Part shown: positions 26,902 to 40,500 of the stretch, one piece after another | How positions within the stretch are numbered: the stretch's first letter is position 1 | Layout: the number at the start of each line of letters is the position of its first letter | Source: Octopus bimaculoides | Lineage: Eukaryota | Direction of reading: 5' to 3' | NCBI RefSeq assembly: GCF_001194135.2 | Contig: NC_068985.1 | Span: 110,390,946-110,454,945 of the forward strand | DNA: 64,000 bases | Translations under genes and position numbers: made by a program | Notes under the pieces: generated by a model | The model's input: the letters and a program-made list of their open reading frames with translations, nothing else | The model's database searches: none | Told to the model about the DNA's origin: nothing

Positions 26902-29900
26902 TGTTGATTGTCTTCAACCATCACCATCACTAGTACCACCTCCATTGACACCATAACTGCCATTCAGACTTCTGACGCCACCACCATCAATACCTGCAAC
27001 TTCGCCGCCTTTCCCTCCATCATCACTGTCTTTCACATCGCTTACTATCATCGTCATCCCTGACTGCCTCGGCTACCACCACCACCACCATCATGTCCGT
27101 CGCCTCCACCTCCATCACAACTACAGCTCATACTATTATTATCACCCCATTACCATCACAACTGTCAGTCTACTACCACCCTCACTATGCCTACTATTAC
27201 TCTCATCCCAGCAGGAGGAATAGTAGAAGTGTCATTGAATTGTGAGAGGTGGGGGGTCAAAGTGTGACACACTGACACACAAATTCGTTTTGGCATTTAT
27301 TATTATTACACACACACGCATATATATATATATATATACACACATTATGGCTGAAAAACAAAAGCTAAAAACAGGATAGAATACTTTTGATAACATTGTA
27401 ACAATTTTTTTTTTTTTTGTCTTAGGCCAGTGTTATTCCCTATTTGCTTTCATCTAGAAATCAAAGGAAATGACAACTATTCCCTTCAAACTTTGCTTTT
27501 GTGACCAGGACATCAATGTTTTGAAACTGACTGATTTTCCATTACATTTCAGACAGATTCAGCGCTGAGTTGCTGAAGCAGAAATATTGTTATAGCAAAT
27601 ATTCTGCTCAATACCACAGATTTGCTTGTCAGTTGCTTGACCTTAACCACTTGAGGAGGTCCCTTAGTAGCAGACAATATGTGTATCTTTGATCATGAGA
27701 AGGAGTAGTTGGGGAGCGTCATTGCCATGTGCAGAGAGGGTTTCTTTGAGATTTGAATAAACGTAGCAAAAGCAAGGTTTGAAGGAAATATCAGCCATTT
27801 TTCATATTTTCTAGGAGTATCATTTGCTTGACCTTAATCTCTTGAACATGTCCCTTAGTAGCGGACAATATGTGTATCTTTGATCATGAACAGGAGTATT
27901 GGGGGGAGCATCATAGCCATATGCAGTGAGGGATGCACATGGCTGTGATGCTTCAAATATAGTTTTTGTTTGAAGGAAATATTAACCATTTTTCATACTT
28001 TCTATGGGTAAGCAAATAGGAAATAGTTGCTAAGAACAAAAATTGTGTTACCCAGTGTAATAGATCTACTCGATCAGGCCTGACCTGGGGTTAAACAACA
28101 ACAACAATAATAAACAAAGCAGTCAAATCAATTAACAAGGGAGGTTGTCAAGTTGTTAGACAACCAACTGATTGAAGAATAAAAAGGTGATTCATATAAA
28201 TTAGTTAAGACATATGTAACGAGGTTGAATTATAGCCAACTGGTAGTAGACTTTCTCAAACTAATTAAGAACGAAAATAAATTAGAATCAATTATTTATC
28301 AAAGGAAGTTTTCAAGTCATTAGGTAAATCGACCAGTTTCAAGAATAGACTTGAAACATGTTTGAAAAATCTTAAATTCAAAATCTCTTTCTAATGTTGG
28401 TAAAAGACACAGTATCAGGATATTGTGGCTGTGTGGTTAAAAAGCTTACTTTGCAACCCTGTGGTTTCGGGTTCAGTCCCACTGCATGGCACCTTGGGCG
28501 AGTATTTTCTATTATTGCCCTGTGCTAACCAGTGCCTTGTCCCTGTATTTGATAAATGGTAGTTATGTGGAACCCACCACACACACACACACACACACAC
28601 ACATGTATCATCATCATCTTCGTTTAACATCCGCCTTCCATGCTAGCCTGGGTGGGACAATCCCACAAGAGCCAGCCTGGCCAAAGCCTGCACCAGACTT
28701 TCTTGACTGTTTTGGCAGGATTTTTACAGCTGGATGCCCTTCCTAACACCAACCACTTTACAGTGTGGACTGGGTGCTTTTAAGTGGCACCTGCACTGAT
28801 AGGGTCACCAAGTACTTGCAAGACAATAAAGTAAAATCTTTCTAGAGGAGAGGAGGCATTGGAGGAGGTGATCTTGTGTTGGATGATGAAAATGTTATCG
28901 TGAAAGGCCTGGTTGGAAGTCCAACCTTCAAAGTTCTTTTACAGGGCTTAAGTAAACAGAAGGACCACTGCAATATAAGTGGGTGAATCTGAGAGGGAAA
29001 TGTGTTGAATAAAATTATAATTAACTGATCCTCCTGTATTTTCTTTTACCTAAAGCCAGGAACTTTTCAGCACTCCCTTGTATAAATGTGTGTGTATCTG
29101 TGATGGGGATAAACATGTGTTTTTTCCCCCCCACCACCAGTCACTTAACAATTGGTGTTGATCTGCTTAAGTCCCTATTATTTAGTTTAGCAAAAGAGTC
29201 TGATATAATAAGTACCAGACTTTAAAAATATAAGTACTGAGGTTGATTTGTTGTCCTTCAAGATTGTGCCCCAGCATGGCCATAGTCCAATGACTGAAAT
29301 AAGTAAAAGAAATAATAAAAGCTATGTGTTTGGCTGTCAAATTGTACATACAATAATTAAAGTAAATAACAGCTTCATTGTCCATAGGTCACTAATTGCA
29401 AACTGGTCAAACGTGGTGTGACCTTGGATGGTTTAGATTTGATGGGTTGCACAACAACAAACTGATCAATGAACTAATGACGAAAGCTCTACATGGTTGC
29501 TAGACATAGCAGCCAAATTGTCTAAAATCACAATACACCATTGTAACACCTTTATTACTATGTTATTGTTGAAGTACACTGTATTTAAATATATTTTGAA
29601 AATTAGGAAAATTTACGACTGCTTTCATAAGCTAATCAAATTTATGGGATGCAAGAGGCAGTTATAAACATCTGTCATGTTTATTATACAACGTCACAAT
29701 GCAGAGCAAATGAGGGTCACAGATGGTGTTTCCTGTAAGTTATTTGCATGTGGAGAATGTTTTATAACTAGGGAAGGGAAAAAATGTGCTCACATGATTT
29801 TCATTATGAAATCAAATTTTTAATTGATGGTTACTCACGTGGATGTACACATAAAGAAAACAAATTTTGCACGTGATGCAACTTTCTCTATATACCCACA

Positions 29901-31467
29901 GCAAAAAANNNNNNNNNNNNNNNNNNNNNNNNNNNNNNNNNNNNNNNNNNNNNNNNNNNNNNNNNNNNNNNNNNNNNNNNNNNNNNNNNNNNNNNNNNNN
30001 NNNNNNNNNNNNNNNNNNNNNNNNNNNNNNNNNNNNNNNNNNNNNNNNNNNNNNNNNNNNNNNNNNNNNNNNNNNNNNNNNNNNNNNNNNNNNNNNNNNN
30101 NNNNNNNNNNNNNNNNNNNNNNNNNNNNNNNNNNNNNNNNNNNNNNNNNNNNNNNNNNNNNNNNNNNNNNNNNNNNNNNNNNNNNNNNNNNNNNNNNNNN
30201 NNNNNNNNNNNNNNNNNNNNNNNNNNNNNNATATATAAATATATATGACAGGCTTCTTTCAGTTTCTGTCTACCAAATCCACTCACAAGGCTTTGGTTGG
30301 CCTGAGGCTATAATAGAAGACACTTGCCCAAGATGCCATGCAATAAGACTGAATCCGGAACCATGTAGTTGGCAAGCAAGCGATTTACCACACGACCATC
30401 CCTGTACCTATGTTAGATGAATGTGTAATAAACCTAAAATTAAAATATATGTATACTCATGACACTTTAATTACTGGATTATGAAAAATTTTTTAATTTC
30501 AACACATTAAGCTTAAAATGTTCGTTATCACTAACCTTTACTAATTTGATCTAACTGCTCATATCCCTCTATCTAGGAGTGTTAAAAGCAGATTTGGTAC
30601 TAAGCCATCTGAGACTATCCCTAGATCTATGATACAAATTTAGAGGGAATATTTGATGAACATATAATTCTTTATACAATAGGCAGTATCTGTGATCTGC
30701 CAATCATGTTTTCTTTGATTCTTTACCTAAATGTGTAGGTGACTATGTAACTAAATCCAAACAATGATGTAAGAAAACAGCATCATTTATCAGTGAATGC
30801 AGAGTGGAAGTAACCCATTGGGATTGTTAGTAACTACTAAGATAAATGCAGAACACGAAGGTATATATTTTCTTATAGTGTTACCTACACCCACATAATG
30901 GGTGCTATGAATATATATATATATAGCGATGAACACCATTCCTCCAAGTGATTGGCTTAAAAAATTGTTAAGATATTAAGATATTTTCTTAACATGAAAA
31001 AAATGGTAGCCTTAATGCACAAATAAAGAAATTTCATCCACCAATGCAGTGCTGAGCACTCATTCTCATTGTTCAGCATTTATGCAAATATATATATATA
31101 TATACATATATATAGCCAGTGGCACATAAATAGCACCATTTGAGCGTGATCGTTAGCAGCGTTGCCTTACTGGCATGTGAAAAGACATTCAAGCGAGGTC
31201 ATTGCCAGTGCCACTGGACCGGCTCCTGTGCAGGTGGCACGTAAAATACACCATTTTGAGCGGGGCCATTGCCAGTACCGCCTGACTGGCCTTCGTGCCG
31301 GTGGCATGTAAAAGCACCCACTACATTCTCGAAGTGGTTGGCGTTAGGAAGGGCATCCAGCTGTAGAAACTCTGCCAAATCAGATTGGAGCCTGGTGTTG
31401 ACATCTGGTTCACCAGTCCTCAATCAAATCGTCCAACCCATGCTAGCATGGAAGGCGGACGTTAAAC

Positions 31468-31503
<36 letters not shown>

Positions 31504-34500
31504 ATATATTAGCAGTAACACTTGTCGTTGATCAAGAGAAATTTTGTGGGAGTAGGGTAATCCATTACATTGAGCCCAGGGCTCAACTGGTATTTGTTTT
31601 ATCAACCTTGAAAAAGAGGAAAGGCACATCTGACCTCAGTGTAAGGAACCAGAAGAAATGTCATTAAATACTTTATCCAGAGTGTTAACAGTTCTGCCAG
31701 CTCTCCACCCAATTAGTTGGGCATTTGAGCGAGACTAAGTCCCACATGTTCTTAGTGCTTATTATGCCTGCACATCTGCCAAACATGAAGTGGACCTTAT
31801 CCATTAATCTACCTGTGATTCAACTGCATCTCTTATGTGTCTATGGCTTACACTGGGTACAGTGAATGGAATTCCTTCCCACTCCTTTCCTACAAATTGA
31901 GCAAGGCCATTTACCTGATGAAAAGAGAGTTGTATCTGCTTTCTTGCTAACAACAACCTTGGTCTTTGCTAGGTTAACTTCAAAGCCTTTTGATTCCAGG
32001 TTTTGCTTCTTTACCAGTTCAATCTCTGCTTTACTGCCTACTTTAACCCTTTAGCATTTGAATTGCCCACATTCAGCCCATATATGCTACCTGTTTTATG
32101 TTCACACTGGCCAGATTTGGCCACTCATACATACCCTACAATGTCATGGTAGGGTATGTATGAGTAATAATCACATTTTTGGAATCCTGAAATTACAAGT
32201 TAATGCATGATTAATTCAAAACAGTGTGGATAAATAAGCATTACATTTAACAGAATAATCTGAGTGCTAAAGAGTTTAAATTTGATTTACAAAAGCAGTG
32301 ACTGCTATAAACTTATGGAAATGCTTCACAATAGAACTTTTGTATGAAATCTATCAACAGTCGGCATGTCAGTAATTTACATAACAGAAGTAACAGTCAA
32401 AAATGTGTCTAATATTCAAATCAATCAACCTGATTTAGTTCTAAGTGTAAATGCTTTAAATACTGTTTCACACTTGCTGTATAATTAAAGTATTTCATTA
32501 CTGATGAAGGGTAATAAACTAGGAACAACGTTAGGGAAGTAGTGATGTCATAAGATCATAGTTTAAGTGCGGCTGTGTGGTAAGAGGTTTACCTTACAAC
32601 TACAGCTACATGGTTTGGAGTTCAATCCCACTGCATGGTACTTTGGGCTAGTTTCTTTTACTATAGCTCCGGGCCAAGCAAAGCCTTGATTTTGTAGTTG
32701 GAAACTGAAATGAAAGAAGCTTGTTGTGTGTGTATGTGTGTGTGTCCTTGCTTTGACATCACGTGATAGTTGAAAAATGATTGTCACTGTCATACAAGCA
32801 GTGTCATCCATTTCTAATATTCTGGGAGAACATATCAGGCCATAAAGAAATATTTCTTTACTTGCAAACAGATGAGGAGTTGGTGACAGGTAAGGTGTTT
32901 GACCCTAGAAAATCTGCCTCAATAAACTCTGTCTGACTCATGCAAGTATAAATGGACGTTAAAATGATGACAACAATAATGATGATGATAGCAAAGCTTT
33001 GTATGAATATATAAAATGAAGCAAATTTTTCATATTTGTATTTAGAGGCATTTAATAGATCTAGAAATGCAGTCAGTTGACTCTGGATCCATTTCTATTT
33101 GGAAGCAAAAATTCATTCCACTATCAACCTCCTCCTCCTTCCATGCTGGCATGGGTTGGACAGTTTGACAGGAGCTGGCCAGACAGAAGTTCACACCATA
33201 CTTCTGTGACTATTTTGGCATAGATTTTTATGGATGGATGCCCTTCTTAGCACCAATCACTCCGCAAAGTGGACTAAGTGCTTTTTACGTGGCACCAGCA
33301 CAGGTGAGGTCAGTTTTGACATGGTTATGCCTTTCCAAATGCCAACCACTTTACAGTGTGAACTGGATGCTTTTTAAGTGGCACCTGCATCGGCAGGGTC
33401 ACCTAGTAACTTTGCAAGACAAGGAATCTTTGAGAGGGAAGGGGACATAGTATAAAACAAATTGAATGAGAATGTGTATAAAATATTTCGACTGTAAACT
33501 TTTGAGTTTGTGGAACTGCATTTGAAACGAAATTTTGACACTCTTAAAATTCTTGAAAAAGTATTCCTTACCATTTTCTCATTAACATTTTCATGGGGAA
33601 CATTGTTCTCACAGTAACTAATATGAAAATGAACCAGATAAACCAATTAGTGATAACTAGAATGCTGTATCCATAGCATTAAAATGTATGCTTTTTTATT
33701 TCTTCCGTAAAGCAACTTTCTTCTCAAACTCAGCAATGAAAAAGACATTGAAGTTCAGGTAACTTTTTGAAATTTCAAGTTATATTTTATTAATCTTCAA
33801 GTTTTATAAATGCATTGATAAAACAGACTACTTATTTGCAAGTGTAGGATTATTAAAATGTTTTAGATTTCAATTTATTGAGCTTAAAAGGTTCACTATT
33901 GTTGACCTATTTTAACCCGACCCTACAGCTCATATCCTTCTGTCTGGGAGAGTCTCTCTCAGATTGTTATCAAAGAGGTAAAACATTTTCAATACCAACC
34001 TACCTGCGACTGTCCCTGGATCTATGATACAAACTTCATGTTTTAAAGTGGTCTCAATTAGAACCTTCCATTAAAATTTCATGTTAATTAATGTTCCAAA
34101 CACCTTGGTAATAATAGCATGTTTTATTTGATTCTTTTATAAACATTTCATTAAATTCTTCAAAATTAATTGAAACAAAAGCCAGTGTATTCCAACTGAA
34201 ACATGGTAACAAAAGGGTTAAAGTTTATCAAGAGCTTCCACAAGGATGAAAATTTATATGAAATTTTTTCTGTGATCTGCCAGTCATGTTTTCTTTGACT
34301 CTTTACCTAAATGTGTAGGTGACTATGTAACTAAATCCAAACAATGATGTAAGAAAATAGCATCGTTTATCAGTGGATGCTGAGTAGAAGTAACCCACTG
34401 AGGATTGTTCGTAACTACTAAGATAAATGCAGAACACCAAGGGATATATTTTCTTATAGTGTTACTTACACCCACATAATGGGCGCTATGGAGATGAACA

Positions 34501-37500
34501 CCATTCCTCCAAGTGACTGGCTTGAAAAATTGTTAAGATATTAAGATATTTTCTTAACATGAAACAGATGGTAGCCTTAATACACACATGAAAAAATTTC
34601 ATCCATCAATGCAATGCTGAGCACTCATTGTTCAACATTTTCACAAATATATATTGTTCAACATTTATGCAAATATATATATACTAGCAGTAACAACCGC
34701 TGTTGATCGGGTAATTACTTTTACTGTTTCTCGGGAGCCACATTGAAAGTATTATTATATATATAATTTACTCCTCCTGTATGTGTGTATTTTTATAAGA
34801 GAAAAATATGTAATAACTGAAGTAGAAAAAAGATCGATTTCATACCTGAACCTCCTGTATTTGTGTATTTTATAAGAGAAAAGCATATAATAATTGAAGT
34901 AGAAAAAAAGATAGATTTCATTCTTGGATGTAATGATAGTAATGGAAAATTAAATTATTGAAGTATTCATGTTGCATTAAGAGTGAATTTTTCTTTATAA
35001 ACAATGGTTTTGTTTTATTTTGGGGTGCATAAGCAAAAAGATTTGCTTTTGCTCCCATAACGTGATGCTTCTACATAAAGTTGGCCATGTGAAAAGCATG
35101 ATTGTTCAAGTTGCAATCCAACAACTGTTAGTGTTTGGCCCTGAGTTTTATTATTGCTCATGGCAACAAAAAGTAGGATAGAAAACTGTGACCACTTAAA
35201 TTGGAATGGGGCATTAGATGGTATAACTGGTATGTGAGGAATGAAGACATCTCACCTTTACCACAACCACTGAGAATATTTATCTCAATGCAGTTCTTCA
35301 TAAGTTTGTGCACAATTAATCTTGTTCCATTGCATAATTTTTGTTGAGACAAATTAAGCAATAGAAGAATAGCTTCTCCTGAACCATTTACTTTCATTTT
35401 GCTGGGCAGACAAACAAACAGACAGAATCTTTCTTGTATATATATAGATAGATGTATATAACTCTCAGAAGCAATTTATAGGACTCCATACAAATATAGA
35501 AGAATCTTTAATATATTATAACTGAAAGGCTCAGACAGAGAGAGAGAAAATGTAAATACAATGAACAGTAAAAAAGGACTGGTTATTATGCTGCAAAGCT
35601 GAATAGAAGAGAGATGCAAACGGGTAGCCAACCAAGATCATTCAACTGTAGAAATAGTGGGAGCTGTCTACTAGATGGTAACTGTCTGGCAAAGTCGATT
35701 GTATACAGATCAAAGGTTGAATCAAACAGCAGTGATCAACCTAAAGCATATATTGAGGCACTGGAACTCACATTCAAAAACCGTTATTACAAGCATAAAC
35801 ATTTATTTGTCAACCCTGATAAAAAATGTGCTCAGCTTAGTCAAAATTTATATGGTTCTTGTGTGAGACAAGTCCTCATGAATTCAAAATTACCTGGTCT
35901 ATTGTAGATAATATGCAACCTTACAGGAATGGAAGCTTCAAATCAAAGATACAGTGTGACCTTTGTTTGAGTGAAAAACTGAGTATTTTGACTCAAGGCA
36001 CCAATAGTTTGAACAAAAGAAATGAACTGTTAACGCCTTGTATGCATGTGGCTAAGTATCTTTTATGCAAATACAAGCCTCCTTGAATTTTGTTCTGGTT
36101 CAGAAAAAAGACATTGATCTTTGAAATGTTTGATTAATGGGTTTTATTGATATATGTTTTAATATGTTTGTGTGCATGTCTATATGTAAGTATATGTATA
36201 TAAGCATACGTGTATATGTAGACATAAATATAAAATTCTGTTTATATATGTGTGTATCTATGTGAGTTCATATGTATATATATATTCTTTTGCACAGGCA
36301 CATGCAAAATGAACACCTGCATAGACACTTATTGTTTTTGAAAACATTAATTAAAAGTATTATTTTGGAACATTACTTAAACAGCAATGCAATTTCTTGA
36401 CTTCCATTGTATGAAGTTTATAATGTTTAGAATAATTTTACCAGAAGAATCAGAGATGAAATCAAAAGCATGAACTTGAAGCTGTTGTCTTCACATGTGT
36501 TGTTCACAAAGGTTTTTAAATGAAACAATATAAGAATATGCGTTTCCTTCAAAGTTTCATTTCGTATTTCAAAAAATATTCTGACAGTGGATATTCAAAA
36601 GAAAACCGGGCTCAATTTATCAGCTGTTGATCGGAAACGAGCAACTCCAAGTACTGGAAATTGGAGCCTTTCATTTATAATGTATGTGTGTGTGTGTATA
36701 CATATACAGAGAGAGAGAGAATGTAAATACAACAAACAATAAAATAAAAGTTATGTACGAGGTCTGATCAATAAGTATCCGGACTGTAGCCATAGTATTG
36801 AAGCTAAAGAATGCAGAGTGAAGCTGCTTGGCAACGATTGACCTTGAACTCTGCTGTGCATGCACACTAGGTTTTAATGTTCTTGCTCACTTCCATTGTT
36901 TAAAGCAGTGCTTGGAAGGAAGGTGTGTAGCATGTGATCATTGCATTGACCGTGGCAGAGAAAGTTGTCATGGCTATACTTGCTCAGAGGCCTGCACAAA
37001 GTTGCAGAAAGTGTATGGAGAGGAGTATATGAGCCACACGCAAGTGTACAAGTGGTTCAGATATTTCCAAGATGGCCGAAAATATGTTCATATTGATGAA
37101 CATTCTGGGAGACCTGCAGCCAGCAGAAATGAGAAAAACACCATACATGTGCATGCAGCTGTGAGGGGAAATTGTCGAATCACCATCCATGAGTTATCAG
37201 AGGAAGTGCAGATTAGTTACAGTTCAGTTCAGTCTATTATCACTGCAGATTTGAGTATGAGGCACATGTCTGCCAAGCTTGTGCCAAAACTGCTTTCAGC
37301 TGACAAAAAAGACACTCGGGTTTCAGTTGCACAAGATCTTGATTCTGTCAAGAATAAGGAAAACTTTTTGAAAACTTTGCATAGGCCTCCAAACAGGTAT
37401 CGCCAAGCTTTTCACAAAATTTGATGCAGATTCTCTTCTTAACTTCCTCTGTCATGGTCAATGCGATGATCATACACTACACACCTTCCTTCCAAGCACT

Positions 37501-40500
37501 GCTGTAAACAGCAGAAGTGAGCTAGAATGTTAAAGCTTAGTGTGCATACATAGCAGTGTTCAAGGTCAATCCATGGCAACAGTCCAGATACTTATTGATC
37601 AGACCGTGTATGTATGTGCAAGTATAGAAATGTATCTGTGTCTGGAAATGAACATAAGAAGAAAATGGTGTATGTCTGGTATAAGTATTATAATTCCACT
37701 TTGTCTTAGAAGTACCCATAACCAGTTGTTAGAACACAATATATTGGATCATCCCATCAGTAATGCAGTTTTTTCAATTGCTTGAACTAAAAGTCAGAGG
37801 AGGACAGGATAAACTACCTGCTTCAACTTGCTATATAGTAATTTTACCTTGAACTTATTCTTAGTGCAAGTTTTGAAGAGTGCAGTTCGATTTTAACAGT
37901 TATTTTTTCAAAGCTATAATAGAAGTGGCAAAGGAGCATATTCAGCATATTTTGCTTTATGAGTTCCATAAAGACACCAACTCAACAGAAAGTGTGAGGA
38001 ATATATATGCAATATATGGGGATTGGACAATAAGCATAAGCCAGTGTCAACTGTGGTTCCAGAAATTCTGTGCTGGAAACTACAGCCTGGAAGATGAGCC
38101 TCGTCCTGGAAGATCTGTAGAGCTCAACGAAGACATCTTGCAAACCTTAGTGGAACAAAGTTCCATTGCAACTGTTGAGGAACTAGCAGAGAAGCTTGGA
38201 TTTGGTCATTCAACCAGTCATTGGAGTCTGTACTAGAAGAAAAATGACCATCTTTAGTTTCAAGACGAAAGATGTTCTTCCATCAGGATAACGTTCAGCC
38301 ACATACGGCAAGGATGATATTTCAAAGCTGAAGCAGTTTGAATGGGAAGCGATGCCCCACCCACCATATTCGTCAGACATTGCCCCATCTGATTATCATT
38401 TATTCTGCAGTCTTCAAAATCATTTGGATGGACAAAATATAAATTCTGTAGACGAGGTCAGAACAGTAATGGAGGAACATTTTTTGTCATGGACAAGTGA
38501 ACTTTGGAAGAGGGGCCTTGCAAATTTATCAGATAGATGGAAGAGTATTATAGAAAATGAAGGAGAGTATATTTTAGATTAAAAAGAATTTTCTTTATCT
38601 TAATTCTGAAAAATAAAAGAAGTATAAAAAGAAAACACATTATTTATGGGATGACTCAATACTTATACCTTACAGTGTTAATAAGTTTTGACACTGAGAT
38701 GTAAATTTTCTTGTCTGTATGTGTGCAGCTATATATTTAAATGCTTTTCTCAATGAAGAAATACTTTTTGTAATTGGCTCTGAAGAAGTTATAAGATATC
38801 ACACTGGTACTCATCTTTGGGTGCACAGTGCCTTGTAGCCAAAACAGCAGTAAGCTAATGAAAGTCATTACTTAACTCTTGTTTATTTGTCTTTCATTTA
38901 TTAATTATGTATAAAAGTTAAATAAGCCTCATTAAGGGATAATAATATCCAATGAATTTACTGGTTTCTTACCTTTTACTTATTTTGAATATTAGATTTA
39001 ATATTCAAAAATAGGTACTTAAATAAGCTGAGGTTTATATTTATTTAAGAAAAATAAGAAAATAGAGGTAAATTAAAGTTTGAATCAAAATCGCTATCAG
39101 AGATTATGTCTATTTTTGCGATTGATAAAATTAATTATTAATTGATTTATCTCTATTTTCTTATTTTTCTTATTAGTTATATATACATCCAAGTAATTTT
39201 TATTTGCCTATCATGGTACTTAAATGAGAATGAGATGTAAAGGGACAATGTTTTTGAGATTCCGGTTCGAATGACATGAGTGTTTCTGTTTCACTTTTGA
39301 CACGTAATACTTAAATAGTGGAGGAGATATGATGTTACTGTGGGCTGGAAGTATGCAAGAAGTTAAAATTTTTTTTGACTAAAACACAACCGGGACCCTA
39401 AGTAAGGCATGTGTAAAATTTGAATGAAATTGGTTGTGTAGTTCTGGTGTTTTAGGGATTCACACAGACAGACACACAGACATACATTCTCACTTTTATA
39501 TATATAGATAGATATATATTTACATTATGTAAAGGCATCTAATTCTTTTTTTTTTTTTTTTGTATTTTCAGGGTGTATGGCTAGTTTCTTTTCTTGGAAC
39601 TGTCATCTTAGATGTTGACTATGGTCTTGCAGTGGGTGTTATTTTCTCACTACTCACAGTCCTGGCTCGTTCTTCAAGGTTACTCTTTTTTCTCATTTTC
39701 ATTATCTCCTTCTCTTAAATCAATATAGCAAAGTATTACATTACAGCCTCACTCTGTTTTCTTCTCTTACTCTTGTTTTTTGCAAACATCTTCAAAATGA
39801 CTTTCTAAAATGAAATTCCATTATGCAGCTGAGGAGTACATTTTCATTGTACATTCTGTGGTGTTCTCACTACATGAATAAATGGAGCTTGTACGAAACG
39901 TACGTACTGCTATAGCCTATTGAATTTTTGTTGCTTATCTTCAAATGTATTATATTTTATTTACATTTTCTCCCCCCCCCCTCTCTTTCAATATATGTAA
40001 ATTTGTATTCTTATTTACCATAATATCTCTGCTGTTTAAATGTCTGTTTTGAAGTCTAGTAGCCAATCAGAGATCATCTTTCATTAGATATGATATAAAA
40101 TATAAAACTATATAATATATTCTCAATTGCAGAATAATGCTAGATCCTGTTCAGGCTATATTATTAGCATTATTCTGTGATTGAGAATTTAATTTCACTT
40201 CTTTAACTTTCTAAGACATCTCAACGCTTCTAAAAGCAAACTTCGTTTGTTTATTTACGTTTGTCCATCATTTTGTCCATCATTTTGTCCACGTTTTGCA
40301 TCCATCATTTTTAATCTCAATAGAAAAAACATTTTGGTCTTTTTGGCTACACATACCAAAACACCGGGTCTCAAAAGGGTTAAAGGGATCTAAATTAAAA
40401 ACTTGCATTAAAATTTCATATTATGTCTCAAACACTAGCTTAATAATGACAATGTTATTTTACTAAATTCTTTTATTATTTCTCAAAAATTGAAACAATG

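Noticed and set aside
26920-27210. Thr/His/Pro-rich mucin-like exon
   Set aside because: Low-complexity tract without splice signals, and exons I and J already join in frame at a conserved position
36828-37424. 198-aa ORF as a host gene or domesticated transposase
   Set aside because: Lies within TA-flanked TIRs; the N-terminus is translated UTR, the natural start is mutated and the catalytic domain is absent
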